A DNA stretch of 63,966 bases, filler included, from Chiloscyllium plagiosum (GCF_004010195.1; 8 parts of one record of this genome joined end to end with filler, not necessarily neighbours in it); one strand, 5' to 3'. Shown: positions 11,431-23,230, counted from the first letter of the whole stretch. Notes: generated by a model from the sequence alone, not told the origin. Numbers and translations are program-made.

Positions 11431-12763
11431 ATGGGAGGCACGGAGAATTGCCTGTGTAACGATCGATCTGTAAATAATGTTAAAGGGGAATATATTCCAC
11501 CTGACAGTCTTTGGGGAGAATGTTGGGTAATTGGGAACACCACTGCCGGACGCGGGAGAAAGATAAGACTACAATGATAAAATATTGTTGTTTCGTTTGG
11601 ACTAGAGAAAGTATTAAGGCGCCTGGTATTAGTTTTCTTGGTCCAAGTCTGGGTTCGATGAGGATTGGCTGTGTCAAGATTTTAATATATATGTCAATCG
11701 AAAAGAACCTACAGTCAAAAAGAGTCCGATTATGTGGCTTGTTGGATAGGGAGTGCAGGAGTAAAATTATGTCCCATGAATACGGAGGAATTAGGGAAAG
11801 AACTAAAGACAAAGAATGAAAAAGGGAAGCCACAATGGGATCCCTTAATGTGTTTGCCGCCCCCATATACTACTCCCCGGAACGAACCTACAGCTCCCGA
11901 AGTAGAACCGAGTCTAGACATAGAAAGGGGAACGCACTCTGAACTAAAAGACGAAGAACCTTGGGGGCTCAGATTCACTCGAGCCTCCACACGTAAAGGA
12001 GGGGCAGAGATAAAGGAAAATGTAAAATTATGTCCCTTAAGAGAGGTTCCGATTGGGGAAGGTACAATCGGATATGTAAATACTCTCTTAACTAGCAGTG
12101 AAGTTAGAGTCTTTAAAAAGGAATTGAAAAGTATAATATAAATTCTCTAATGTTGACCCATATTGGAAAAATAATGACAGAGATGATAGGGAGTCAATGC
12201 GAGATCTCAGAGAAATCGTAATATTAGGAATTAAAGAGGCAGTACCCAGATCACAAAATCTTGTTAAGGCCTTTGAGGTACGACAAGAGAAGGATGAAAC
12301 CCCTTCTGCATTTCTTCAAAGGCTCAAAGAGGCCACAAGGAAGTATTCGGGGATGGATCCCGATAATCCAGTAGCACAGGGACTCGTAAAGTTCTAGTTT
12401 GTAACGAAATCATGGCCGGACATACAAAAGAAATTACAGAAATTAGATGGATGGAGTGAAAGACAGATGGAAGAATTGTTACGTGAGGCACAGATAGTGT
12501 ATGTGAAAAGGGAAGACGAGAAGCAGAAACAGAAAGCCCAAATGATGGTGGGGACAGTAGAAGAAATAACAAAAAGAAGAATGGGATCAAGGGATAACAG
12601 GAAGGATAGGGAAGGATCCGAAAGACAAGGGTCAGATACCCGAGAAAGGAGGCAACAGGCAGGGTATTATCATTGCGGGAAAGTATGGCATTTTAAACGG
12701 GAATGCCTGGAATTAGCACGAGAAAGGGAAGCCATTTCCCTAATGACCATAGATGAGATTTAG
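11431..12763 (+). pseudogene. gag: ERV gag (frameshifts, stops, internal capsid deletion near 12140-12200)
   Basis: ATG GGA start; GRMLGNW...MIKYCCFVW matrix; PPPY late domain; RQEKDETPSAFLQRLKE MHR-like; HCGKVWHFKREC zinc knuckle; ends with TAG. Confidence 0.9.
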
Positions 12764-15405
12764 AGGAATCAGGGTTCCTTCTCTTGAGACCCACGAGGAA
12801 CCCTTGGTAAATCTAAAGGTGGGACCAAAAAGGGAGGAGACAGTATTTTTGGTAGATATGGGAGCGGCCCGGTCATCCCTAAGTTTTGGACCTACTGGCG
12901 TTAAATTAACTAACCAAAAAATCAGGGTTTTTGTAGTAAATAAGATGAAGCATTTTTAGTATCCATTTTTGAGCCAACGTTAATTACAGGAAGGAGTGAA
13001 AAAATACCAGGACAGTTCTTATATATCCCTGACCTCGGGAGCAATTTACTGGGTAGAGATTTAATTATTAAATTAGGCCTAACAATAGAGGTAGACAATC
13101 GTAATGTGACTGTAAAAATGCCCATGTTAACACCGAGTGATCAAAAACAAATCCATCCTGATATATGGGCAAAAGATAGTCATCCAGGTCGGTTAAATAT
13201 TGATCCGATAAGGATTACGCTGAAACAAGAAAATAAGATAGTTCCTGTAAAACAATACCCGATATCCCTGAGCGGCCGCAGAGGTCTGCGACTAGCTATA
13301 GATTCGTTGATAAAAACTGTGTTATTGGAACCATGCATGTCACCCTTTAATACTCCGATATTGCCTGTCTGCAAACCAGACGGCACCTATCGACTGCTGC
13401 AGGATTTTAGAGCAGTAAATCAATTGGTTCGAACAGGGCATCCGGTGGTACCCAATCCATATACTTTGTTAGGTAAAGTACAGTGTGACCATCGCTGGTT
13501 TAGTGTGTTAGATTTAAAAGATGCATTCTGCGCTTGTCCTCTAGCCACAGAAAGCCGTGACATGGTTGCTTTCAAATGCGAGGATCCATACACGGGTAGA
13601 AAACAGCAGTTCCGCTGGACGGTACTTCCCCAGGGATTCACGGGATCACCTAATTTATTTGGACATGTACTGGAGCAAGTCCTTGAACAATTTACAATGC
13701 CCAAGGGGACGATACTGTTCCAATATGTGGATGATCTACTTGTATCTGGACTAAAGAGAAATGAGGTGAGCGAGGCTACCTACAGACTGTTAGATTTCCT
13801 AGGGAAACAGGGTCTAAAGGTATCCAAGAATAAGATACAATATGTAGAAAAAGAGAGGTAAAATACTTAAGGAAACCTCATCAGTGAAGGCACTAGGCGT
13901 ATTAACCCCGAAAGGATTAAAGCAATAACAGAACTACCCCTACCGACCACCAAAGGAGACTTACAGAGGTTCTTGGGGCTAGTGGGCTATTGTAGATTAT
14001 GGATAGAAGCGTACGCCCAGAAAACGAAGGGGTTATATTACAAATTGCCAAAATCTGAACATGAAAAACTACAATGGACAGAAATAGAAAAGGAGGATGA
14101 CAGGAATTAAAACGAAGCTTGATGCAAGCTCCCGTGTTAGCCCTCCCTTTCCTTGAGAAACCCTTCCACCTTTTTGTGAAGTAAATAATGGAGCAGCAGT
14201 AGGAGTGCTAACCCAGAAAACAGGAAGAAAGAAACAACCCATAGCCTTCCTGTCCAAAATTCTAGACCCTGTCTCGAGAGGTTGGCCTGAGTGCATACAG
14301 GCGGTCGTGGCCACTGCCATTCTAGTAGAGGAGAGCTGCAAACTAACCTTCGGAGGAGCGCTCGTTGCTAGCACTCCCCATCAAGTCAGAACAGTGTTAA
14401 ATCAAAAGGCAGGAAGCTGGTTGATGGACTCAAGAATTCTAAAATATGAAGCTATCCTAATGGAGAGAGACGACCTGGTGTTAACAACAGACGCTTGTTT
14501 GAACTCAGCCACCTTCGTGTGGAAGGGGGAACCCCTAAACACGCGAGAATTAGAACATGTCTGTTTAGATATTATCGAGTATTAGACCAGAACAAGAGCA
14601 GACTTAAAGGATATTCTCCTACAAGAAGGAGATAGGTTGTTTATAGACAGGTCATCAAGAGTAGTACAAGGAAGAAGACATAATGGATGTGCAGCAGGAG
14701 ACGGTAGTGGAAACCACACAGTTGAGGCTGACCGGTGACCTAATACGTGGTCAGCCCAAACTTGCGAATTATATGCCTTAAACCAGGCCTTAAAGCGATT
14801 AGAAAATCGGGATGGGACAATTTACACTGACTCTAGGTATGCCGATGGAGTGGTCCATACCTTCGGTAAAATATGGCAAGAATGTGGTCTAATCAATAGC
14901 CCGGGAAAGGAATTAAATGAAGAGTTGATAGGACAAATGTTGAAAAGTTTGGAATTACTCCGGGAAATAGCTATTGTCCATGTACCTGGGCATCAGAAGG
15001 GGAACATTCTAGAAGCAAGAGGGGAATTACCAGCTGTAGAGTTCAATGATAAGTTTTTTAAAAGAACTATATTGTGGTGCGCGGGTTTTTTTTTTGTCTG
15101 TCCTCAGGAAGAAGGGTCTGTTGACCCAGACACCTCCACTTGAGTTTTCCGTACATCGAATACAGCAGGATGAATGGGTCCTGATCAAAACCTGGAAAGA
15201 TACCAAACTGCATCCAAGCTGGGAGGGACCGTCCCTAACCCTCCTGAATACTGAAACAGCCATTCGAGCTGCTGAAAAGGGGTGGAGCCATCACACTCGC
15301 GTTAAGGGTCCGGTAGACGTTCCTTCTTCCTCGGCGGAGTGGCAAGTTAATCCCACAGAGGATCCTCTGAAAATCAAGCTGAGCAGAAAGACTGAACTGA
15401 AATAA
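12764..15405 (+). pseudogene. pol: ERV pro-pol (protease, RT, RNase H, integrase C-terminus only)
   Basis: FLVDMGAARSS (DTG mutated); SPFNTPILPV, LDLKDAF, LPQGFTGSP, QYVDDLL; HVPGHQKG; WEGPSLTLLNTETAIR...WSHHTRVK. Several stops and frameshifts. Confidence 0.93.
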
Positions 15406-15440
15406 GAGATTTTTAACACTGCTGCCATTAATTGTAAGTG

Positions 15441-17445
15441 ATGTGTGGGTTCACCTTTCCCAGACGCGAGAGAAAGGGGTGGGTGAGTACGGGGATATTA
15501 TTATCAAATAGGTATCATGAAGGATGAGTGACCAACTTCATCCTCTTCGTGTTAAGGCTTTACGAAATAGGGGTGGCATGTTCAAAACTATTAAAACTCC
15601 CTGAATCTGAATACCCGCAGGTAATAAAGAGTGATGTTTGCAGTCTAGTAGATTGTGGAGATGTAAAGGATCAGAGAGAATATAGTTCCTTTACAATCAG
15701 TCTCCAGATGCAGATGCAGGAAACATTTGGTGTACAAGGATCGCCACCTGGCATCACTTTTCATCCCTTCCGCCCGTCCCCAGAATGTACTGATGAGAAA
15801 TGCAACCCGATATACCTCACTATTAAAAATACCTCCTTTGAAGAATCCTTTCCTGCTCGCTTTCTTCCTGCCCGTGAAAATGGAAGTCGACCCCTCAGCA
15901 ATAACTTTATGATCTTCATGGAAGCCCCTGAGGTTCCCCTGAAAATATGTAGGGGTGCAGTGACTGGGAGGTACCCTGGGAAGTGTTTTGTTGGCTGCTG
16001 CTTTCAAATAATGGGAGAAAAGGGAAAGCGAAAAGAACAAGAACCTTATATCCCTGACAGTGACCCGAATCTGGTAAAAGTTAGCGAGGTCAAAAACTTA
16101 AAACAGACCCTTGAAATAGAAACTGGATACAGAGATACAGATGCCTGGGTGGAATGGGTGAAATATACGGTAAAAAGCATCAACAAAAGCAATTGCTATG
16201 CTTGTGCTTCAGGTCAACCGGTGAATCGGGTGGTTCCCTTTCCGCTCGGGTGGAAGCAAGACAGTGCCGGTATACTATGCATGATAGCCCTGTATCAGGA
16301 TGAGACGGCGTGGGTAGACCCCGGTTGCTGTTAATTCCTGTCTATGTTTCCTTCCCTAAAGGGGAGAGAATTAAAAACTCCCCCTATGTTTGCGAATGTG
16401 ATTGGGAATCATACCTCCTGTGTACAGAGGAATGGAACAGACCATTCCAGATTTGTAGGAGACCTAACGCTATGCTCGGAAATTGAATCAGTTTCTGAGA
16501 CAGAGTGGGGAAGGAATTATTGAGCCTTAAAAGTACCCCGAGCGGATTTGTAGTGGTATTGTGGTGGGAAGATTTTAAGACCCACTATGCCCTCTCGCTG
16601 GCGAGGCGCTTGTGCAATTGTACAATTGGCAATTCCATTTACCTTGGCATTTGAGAAAGAGGGGAAGGTAGTGAAGGAGGATGAGCGAAGCAAGAGCTCG
16701 ATATTGGGGACTTCCTTTAATGACAGGATTTATCTTGACTCCATAGGGGTTCCTAGAGGGGTGCTTGACGAGTGTAAGGCCCGCAAACAGATTGCAGCAG
16801 GTTTCGAATCATTCATATTTTGGTGGGTAACAATTAACAAAAATGAAGAGTGGATAAACTGCATTTGTAGTTTGTAAACTATACTAGAGATGCAGTCAAG
16901 GGAGTTGCTGAACAGCTTGATGCCACGAGCAGGATGGCTTGGGCAAACAGACTAGCCCTGGACATGATCCTAGCCGAAAAAGGTGGTGTATGTGTAATGT
17001 TAGGGGGAAGTTGCTGTGCCATTATTCCGAATAACACAGCACTGATGGGTCAATCACTCGCGCATTGCAAGGATTGACCACCCTCTCGGAGGAATTGATT
17101 AAGAATTCAGGAGTGGACACGTCACTCACAGGATGGCTGGAATCATGGTTTGTGAAGTGGAAAGGAGTGGTGGTCTCCGTTCTCACATCCTTGATAATAG
17201 TGACAGGGGTACTAACTACAGTCGGTTGTTGCATTATACCTTGTATACGAGGATTAGCCCAACGATTAATTGAAACAGCCTTAGTGAAACAAATGACCCT
17301 GCAAGGTAATCAAGCTGATGGACTCAATCTTCTGAACAACAAGGGAATGGGCCCTCTTTTGGAATTGGGAATAATAAATGAGAGTGCAGAGAACGAACAG
17401 CGAAGGGAGAGCCAAAGGTTACTTCATGAATTGAGAAACAAATAA
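15441..17445 (+). pseudogene. env: ERV env, EnvP(b)/HERV-I-like, disrupted
   Basis: TLEIETGYRDTDAWVEWVKY, NCYACA (CxxC), VPFPLGW, YLDSIGVPRGV...IAAGFES, NRLALDMILAEKGGVCVMLGGSCC (ISD + CX6CC), TM segment ending GCCIIPC. Stops at 16332, 16520 and 16551. Start position is approximate. Confidence 0.9.
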
Positions 17446-17485
17446 GATTGTGAACCTCATCACTTTAAGGTGTGAAAAGGGCAGA

Positions 17486-17540
17486 TGGTCCCCATACTGG
17501 GAGTCGAACCCGGGCTGCCTGTGTGAAAACCAGGAACTCT
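17486..17540 (-). pseudogene. tRNA-Glu(TTC) 3' fragment including CCA, embedded in the ERV 3' UTR
   Basis: Minus strand reads TTCCTGGTTTTCACACAGGCAGCCCGGGTTCGACTCCCAGTATGGGGACCA, matching the anticodon arm through the acceptor stem of vertebrate tRNA-Glu-TTC. Confidence 0.88.
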
Positions 17541-17802
17541 ATTGTATAGTAAAGAAAATATAAGTGGAGTTTAATTTACATAAAGGGAAGTTACGTAGCG
17601 GGGAGAGGTGACCTCACGCAGCGCAAAGGTATTACTATGTACATGTTCCAATGCTCATTGCTCACCTTCCTCATGCATCTGAAGCTGTTCCTTGCAAGAT
17701 ATAAGATTTTGAACCTCATTGCCAAGAAAGCGTAAGAGGGCAGGAAATACAAAAATGAATTAAAGGAAACTTAGTAAGTGCAGAAACTACAGATTTTTTT
17801 TT

Positions 17803-17815
17803 AAAAGGGGGGAAT
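17803..17815 (+). promoter_or_regulatory. Polypurine tract
   Basis: T-run followed by AAAAGGGGGGAAT immediately before the TG of the 3' LTR. Confidence 0.93.
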
Positions 17816-18409
17816 TGTGGGAAATAAGAAATGTAGTTTTCTGCAGGCGATATAGAAGTGTAATTGTTGTAAGTGCTAGTGAAGTATAATTTCTGGAGAT
17901 GGTGAAGGGGTGAGACATTGTACAAACGGTCATGGAATTCTTCTAGCGTGTAGTATACTTACGGCTAAGACTTTAATGAATATAGGGGGTCTTTTAAAGA
18001 AGTAGTTTTAAAGAAAATAGTTTTAAGCTCGGAAATATCTATGGAGTGTTGTAGCTGACCACAAAAGAAGAAGTAAGGGTATTTTCACAATAAAGCTTAT
18101 AGTAACAAGACAAAGAACACAGACATCCGACGTCAACCTTGTACAGACAGAAGAAAAGAGAAAAACAAGTGATGTAATCATCTTAAGGTTATGTCAAATA
18201 AGGGAATGAAATGAAATAAATGATTATGATAAGGTAAGAATAGAGAAGGCGGGGGTGGGGGTGGTGGAGGAATGTGAGCCTGCGGCACACAGACTGGACA
18301 AAAATGATTGTATAACTGATATCTTAACACTCTTTGCCGGGCTAGCGGAGTGTCCTTGTTTCCATGGCTTTGTCTCCGGCTGATGTGTAAGTGAGTTTTG
18401 TTTCTAACA
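17816..18409 (+). repeat. ERV 3' LTR (lacks the 28-bp AATAAA-containing segment)
   Basis: TGTGGGAA...TTCTAACA; aligns to the 5' LTR with scattered substitutions and indels. Confidence 0.95.
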
Positions 18410-18750
18410 TGGGAGAGAATCCTTCAGGACAGCAATGTTTCCACCCTCCGTATTAGAAACTGGGAAGGATTGACCTGTGTCTGCTCTCGAGTAATCGAGC
18501 GTGTGGGAATGTTCTAGAAACCATCCGTCCTTATGGATGCGTCTCTGTGTGTTTGGGGAGGGAGGGTTTCTTGTGGTTTATGACATATTTTTGTCAGTAA
18601 TTCAGATGTAACCATTGGTTATTCAAGCTCCAATTATTTTGACAAGTCCCTGAATACGGGGACACATTTAAAAATCTCACTGGGTCCCCGATCAAACGGG
18701 TCCCTTTACCTCCAGGCTGATGGATAATGGCTTGTTTTCCTTCCTCACAG

Positions 18751-19661
18751 TTAACGTAGTGACCATCTACATCCTGCTTTATAAAGATGGTGGATTGTCT
18801 CCATGTGTCAGACGTTACCTGGGGGCCATGGCAGCGGCGGATCTCCTGGTCATTATCCTCGACCTGATCCTGAGACACATTCCCATTGTTTATCGGGAAC
18901 AGTTTTATTTCCTGAGGGACTCCGTCCCCGTGTGTAATATCCACGCCGTCCTGCTTTATGCAGTTACTGACTGCTCTGTCTGGTTCACCGTCACTTTCAC
19001 CTTTGATCGATTTGTGGCCATTTATTGCCAGAAGCTGAAAAGTAAATATTGCAGTGAGGAAACGGCATCTGTGGTTCTGGGAGCAGTGACTGTGCTGAGC
19101 TGTTTAAAGAACATTTCCTGGTATTTTATGCTCACGGCTCGGTATTGGCTGGTGAACACTCCCTAATTTTGTGATATAACAGACGCTGTTCGATTTTCCA
19201 GTGTCTGAGTCACAATCGAGTTCCTCCACCACATTCTAACCCCGTGCGTCCCATTTCTCCTGATTCTGCTGCTCAATGTTCTCACCGTCAGACACATTTT
19301 AGTGACCAGCAGAGCCCGCAGGAGACTCTGCGCTCACACCAATGGGGACGCTCAGTCTGACACAGAAATGAGAAACCGAAAAAAATCTATCATTTTACTG
19401 TTTGTGATCTCGCCCAATTTCATCCTGTTATGGTCAACGTTAATGCTGTATTCTATATGGTACCGGATGGATGATATTGGGTATTACTCTGTATATTTAC
19501 ATTCCTTTGTGGGGGAATTGGGCTTCATGCTGCAGCTCCTCAGTTGCTGCACAAACACCGCGATTTATGCCATGACCCAGACTAAGTTCAGGCAGCAGCT
19601 GAAGAATGTGCTGAAATATCCCTTCACCCAAATCCATCCATCAATCAAATTCCCTCATTAA
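18751..19661 (+). pseudogene. GPR139/GPR142-like class A GPCR, main coding exon, pseudogene (copy 2)
   Basis: Acceptor ttcctcacAG at 18749-18750; YLGAMAAADLLVII, FTFDRFVAI, RNRKKSIILLF, LLSCCTNTAIY; in-frame stops at 19164-19166 and 19206-19208; AATAAA near 19872. Confidence 0.87.
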
Positions 19662-20269
19662 TCAATCCATCCGGGATTTTCTCATTTCAGTTCAGTGTTT
19701 TAGCGATGGAGCAGCCTATCGCTATGGTAACAGACTGAGGGTAGCGCTGGTTTGTCCATCCTTATCCCACAGGGGGGTTACAGGGAAACATTTCAATGTT
19801 TCTCACAACTCAGGGGCCAGTGAGAAAAGGCACCATCCCACTGACTGTATCCATCACTTCCATTTGAAAACAATAAAAATGTTCATTAAAGCATGCTGAG
19901 CAGCAGAGTGACCGATGTTGTTGTGTGTCTTTGCGCTGGAGAAGCTGAGCTGGAGACAGACAGACTCAGCCCCAAGTCCTGGTCCTCAGGGAAGGGGAGG
20001 GCACCGCGCCCTGTGCTCAGGAGCTGGGTTTAACTCCCTCTGTCCTTACTTTCCCTTCTGGGTCTCCCACTCCAAATTGGCTCTCAGCAGAATTCACCTT
20101 GCTCCCTTTTTCCCGCTCCCTCCATATATCCCTCACACTCTCACACTGCACTGCTATTTCTCTCTCCTTATCCCATTTACACATTCAATTCCACTGTCCT
20201 TGCCTTCTCATTCACTCTCTCTATCTTGCGATCATAACCTCCCACTATTACTGTCTTCCTGGAATCCTT

Positions 20270-20575
20270 CGGTGCTGGGGGAACAGAAGAGGGTTGTCTA
20301 ACTTCAGGCCGATGGTAGGGAACAAGAGATTGGGACGACATGTCAGGCCATCGGCAGGGCAACAGTATGGAGCTAGGGCCAAACGCCATTGCTTGGAGAC
20401 ATAGTCGGTGTGAGAACAGGAGCCGTTACTCGGGGGTAACAGGTGGAGTGGCACCATAGGCTGTGGCTGAGACTGGTACAACAGGATATCACAAACATTG
20501 TGTGGGACATACTGTCTGTTACTCAGGGAATAGAATGGGAATGGGGTTAAAGGCCATTTAGAGGGGCTCATCTGG
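20270..20575 (-). repeat. Satellite A, inverted block
   Basis: gggaacag...caggccg reverse-complement monomers. Confidence 0.75.
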
Positions 20576-20599
20576 GTCGGTGTTCACAGGCAGGAGCTC

Positions 20600-20808
20600 A
20601 GTTTAAGGTGTGTGAGGAGTGTGATGGTGGGAGATTGCGTGGGCGTGTGAGTGTAATGCTGGGAGAGTGTGCGAGGGAGTGAGCCTGATCTGGGAGAAAG
20701 TGTGGGGGTCAGCGTGACGGTGGGTGTGGTGTGGGACAGTGTGTGTGAGGGTGGTGGAGTGTGTGGGATGAGCGTGACGGTGAGGGTTGTGTGGGGCAGT
20801 GTGTGTGT
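20600..20808 (+). repeat. GT-rich minisatellite running into a gap
   Basis: Repeated gtgtggg...agcgtgacggtg. Confidence 0.7.
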
Positions 20809-20984
20809 NNNNNNNNNNNNNNNNNNNNNNNNNNNNNNNNNNNNNNNNNNNNTTAATTAATTAANNNNNNNNNNNNNNNNNNNNNNNNNNNNNNNNNNNN
20901 NNNNNNNNGTTACAATGTCAGATGTCTTTCCCAAAAGGACCTACGTGAATCAGATGTGTTCTCCCAGATGATCAACAATGCATT

Positions 20985-21870
20985 TGTTGTGGCCTCAATA
21001 ATGTCCTGTACAACCAGAACAGGACATCTCAACTTCTATTCCCAATGCTCTGACCAATGAAGGCAAATATCCCAAACGCCTATTTCACCAGTCTGTCAAG
21101 CTGTGATGCAACTTTCAACAAACTGTGTACCTGCATCCCTAAGTCTTACTCGGGTGCTAATATTAACTTAGACGTCCCACCCTGTTTTGCCTTAGCAAAC
21201 TGCAATCTCGTGCGTTTCTCCACCAGCTATTCCTAAACCCACTTGCCAAGCAGTGCCGTTAATCCCGCTGTACCTTTAGATACCCCTCTTCACTGCACAC
21301 TTTATTGCCAACGTCAGTGTCACCATAAACTTGATTCCTTTATACTCATCCTAATCGTACGATGCACACAAGTGGATCCAGCAACGAACCCCATGGCACA
21401 CCGTTGCTCACAGACCTGCATGTTGAGCAGTAATCCTTTATGAATACATTCTTTGTTCTCCCGTCAATCCAATTTGTATCCAGATAGCGGGCACTCGCTG
21501 ATTGTGAGCCCCACAACTTGCCCCACAACTTATTGCATAGCTTCTCACAAGATATTGGGGTACATCTGATCATATCCCAATGTTTAATATACAATTTTGT
21601 ATTTTAAGATATCGAGCACCTTCCTTCTCCAATTTGAACTATTTTTGAAGACATCACAATTTATTTTTCCACATTCTCGAGCTTCCAAGTCTTTCTCCAC
21701 CATCAATCCTGAAGCAAAACATTTGTTTTGGATCTCACCTATTAACAGTGTTTCCACATAGAGATCCCCATTGACCTTTAAGGGGCCATATTCTCGCCAT
21801 AGCTAAACTTTAGCCCTTGATAAAACTTGTCAAAATCTTTGTGAAACTTCAAACGTCTCCTTACCGCTAC
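20985..21870 (-). mobile_element. Old CR1 LINE fragment
   Basis: Minus-strand NWIDGRTKNVFI...SVSNGVPWGSLLDPL (GVPQGSVLGP-like). Confidence 0.7.
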
Positions 21871-22881
21871 TGCCATCCTCCATCGGTATATTTTCTGCCA
21901 TTTATGACCACAGCAAAGCCTAAAATCCAACAGATTTCAAGTATCCCCCTTTTATAAAGTCATGCATCTCCCATTGTTTCAAAGTAGTTGTTTGTCATAT
22001 CCTTTATAATACACTCCAGCAGTTTCACAACTTTTTGTCAGGCTAATACCGTTTGCTTTCGGATTGGCTGCACATAGTGTTTTAGGAATCATTGTGTATC
22101 AATCTATTATGAAGATGAGGGCATATCATTAAGAATGTGAAGAACTTGGCAAGTAAACAGACTGCTGGAGACTTTACGAAGTAACATTTGATTAAAAACT
22201 AAAGCACTCGCTGAGTGGCCTGAAAAGGACAAAAATCAGATTCAAGTTAGGCCAATCAGTTTAAAGTACACCCGGAAAAATATCAAACACGAATCCAACT
22301 TGAATTGAGTAGACTGATAATCTTAAAAGCCAATGACAAAATTAGACCTGGGGAAATTGAACAGTTGACTCGAGAGCAGCCAAGCCCAACATGCGAACAG
22401 ACAGCTTGCAAAAGTACCTTACCGATCAGTAACCTGTGACGCAGAATATCCGAAGAATAAAAGAAGAAACCGAAACCTCCAAATAGAAGTACAAAATCTG
22501 CCTGTTTTGCGATAAGAAAGTTTGGTCCTGTAAATCTTCATTGGGAGTTTTATCGGACTCGTATTGTAGAAGGGAATGTACCAGATAGGTTAGAGGAAGA
22601 AATTGTAAATAGTGGTTAGTTAATTATTCTCTGCTATACTCTAAGCATGAAAGTTCTTAATTTTTACTTTGAGCAGTTCTTGGCCATTCGGAGTTTTAGA
22701 CATTACTGCACAGGATAAATCTCTGTTACTGTTAAATTTGGCAGGAAGGTTTACACCGTGTCGTTTCAGATTGGGGGCGCGGGTCCGTGATTTGAACTAG
22801 TTTAGACAAATTTAAATACATTTGTGGTTCCGAAAGCCACCAGCATATTTAAACACTTGCAGGTTAGTGTTGTAGGTTTTT

Positions 22882-23230
22882 TTAGATTAGATTTTTTAGA
22901 TTAGATTAGATTACATTAGATTAGATTATATTACAGTGTGGAAACAGGCCCTTCGGCCCAACAAGTTCACACCGACCCGCCGAAGCGAAACCCACCCATA
23001 CCCTACATTTACCCCTTACCTAACACTACGGGCAATTTAGCATGGTCAATTCACCTGACCCTGCACATCTTTTGGACTGTGGGAGGAAACCGGAGCACCC
23101 GGAGGAAACCCACGCAGACACGGGGAGAACGTGCAAACTCCACACAGTCAGTCGCCTGAGGCGGGAATTGAACCCGGGTCTCAGGCGCTGTGAGGCAGCA
23201 GTGCTAACCATTGTGCCACCGTGCCGCCCA
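22882..23230 (-). mobile_element. HE1-type tRNA-derived SINE, full length, (TTAGA)n tail
   Basis: Minus-strand head GGGCGGCACGGTGGCAC with B box GGTTCAATTCC; almost identical to 44288-44590. Confidence 0.92.

Larger units (their letters stand above)
9992..18409 (+). mobile_element. Endogenous retrovirus, class I (HERV-I / ERV-P(b)-like), defective provirus
   Basis: Paired TG...CA LTRs, PBS, gag, pro, RT, RNase H, partial IN, env and PPT in canonical order. Confidence 0.95.

Noticed and set aside
15528..17445. Intact or domesticated env (syncytin-like)
   Set aside because: Several stops and frameshifts, a deletion near 16870 and a degenerate furin site (RSKS).
17486..17540. Functional tRNA-Glu gene
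   Set aside because: It lacks the 5' acceptor strand, D arm and A box; only a fragment is present.
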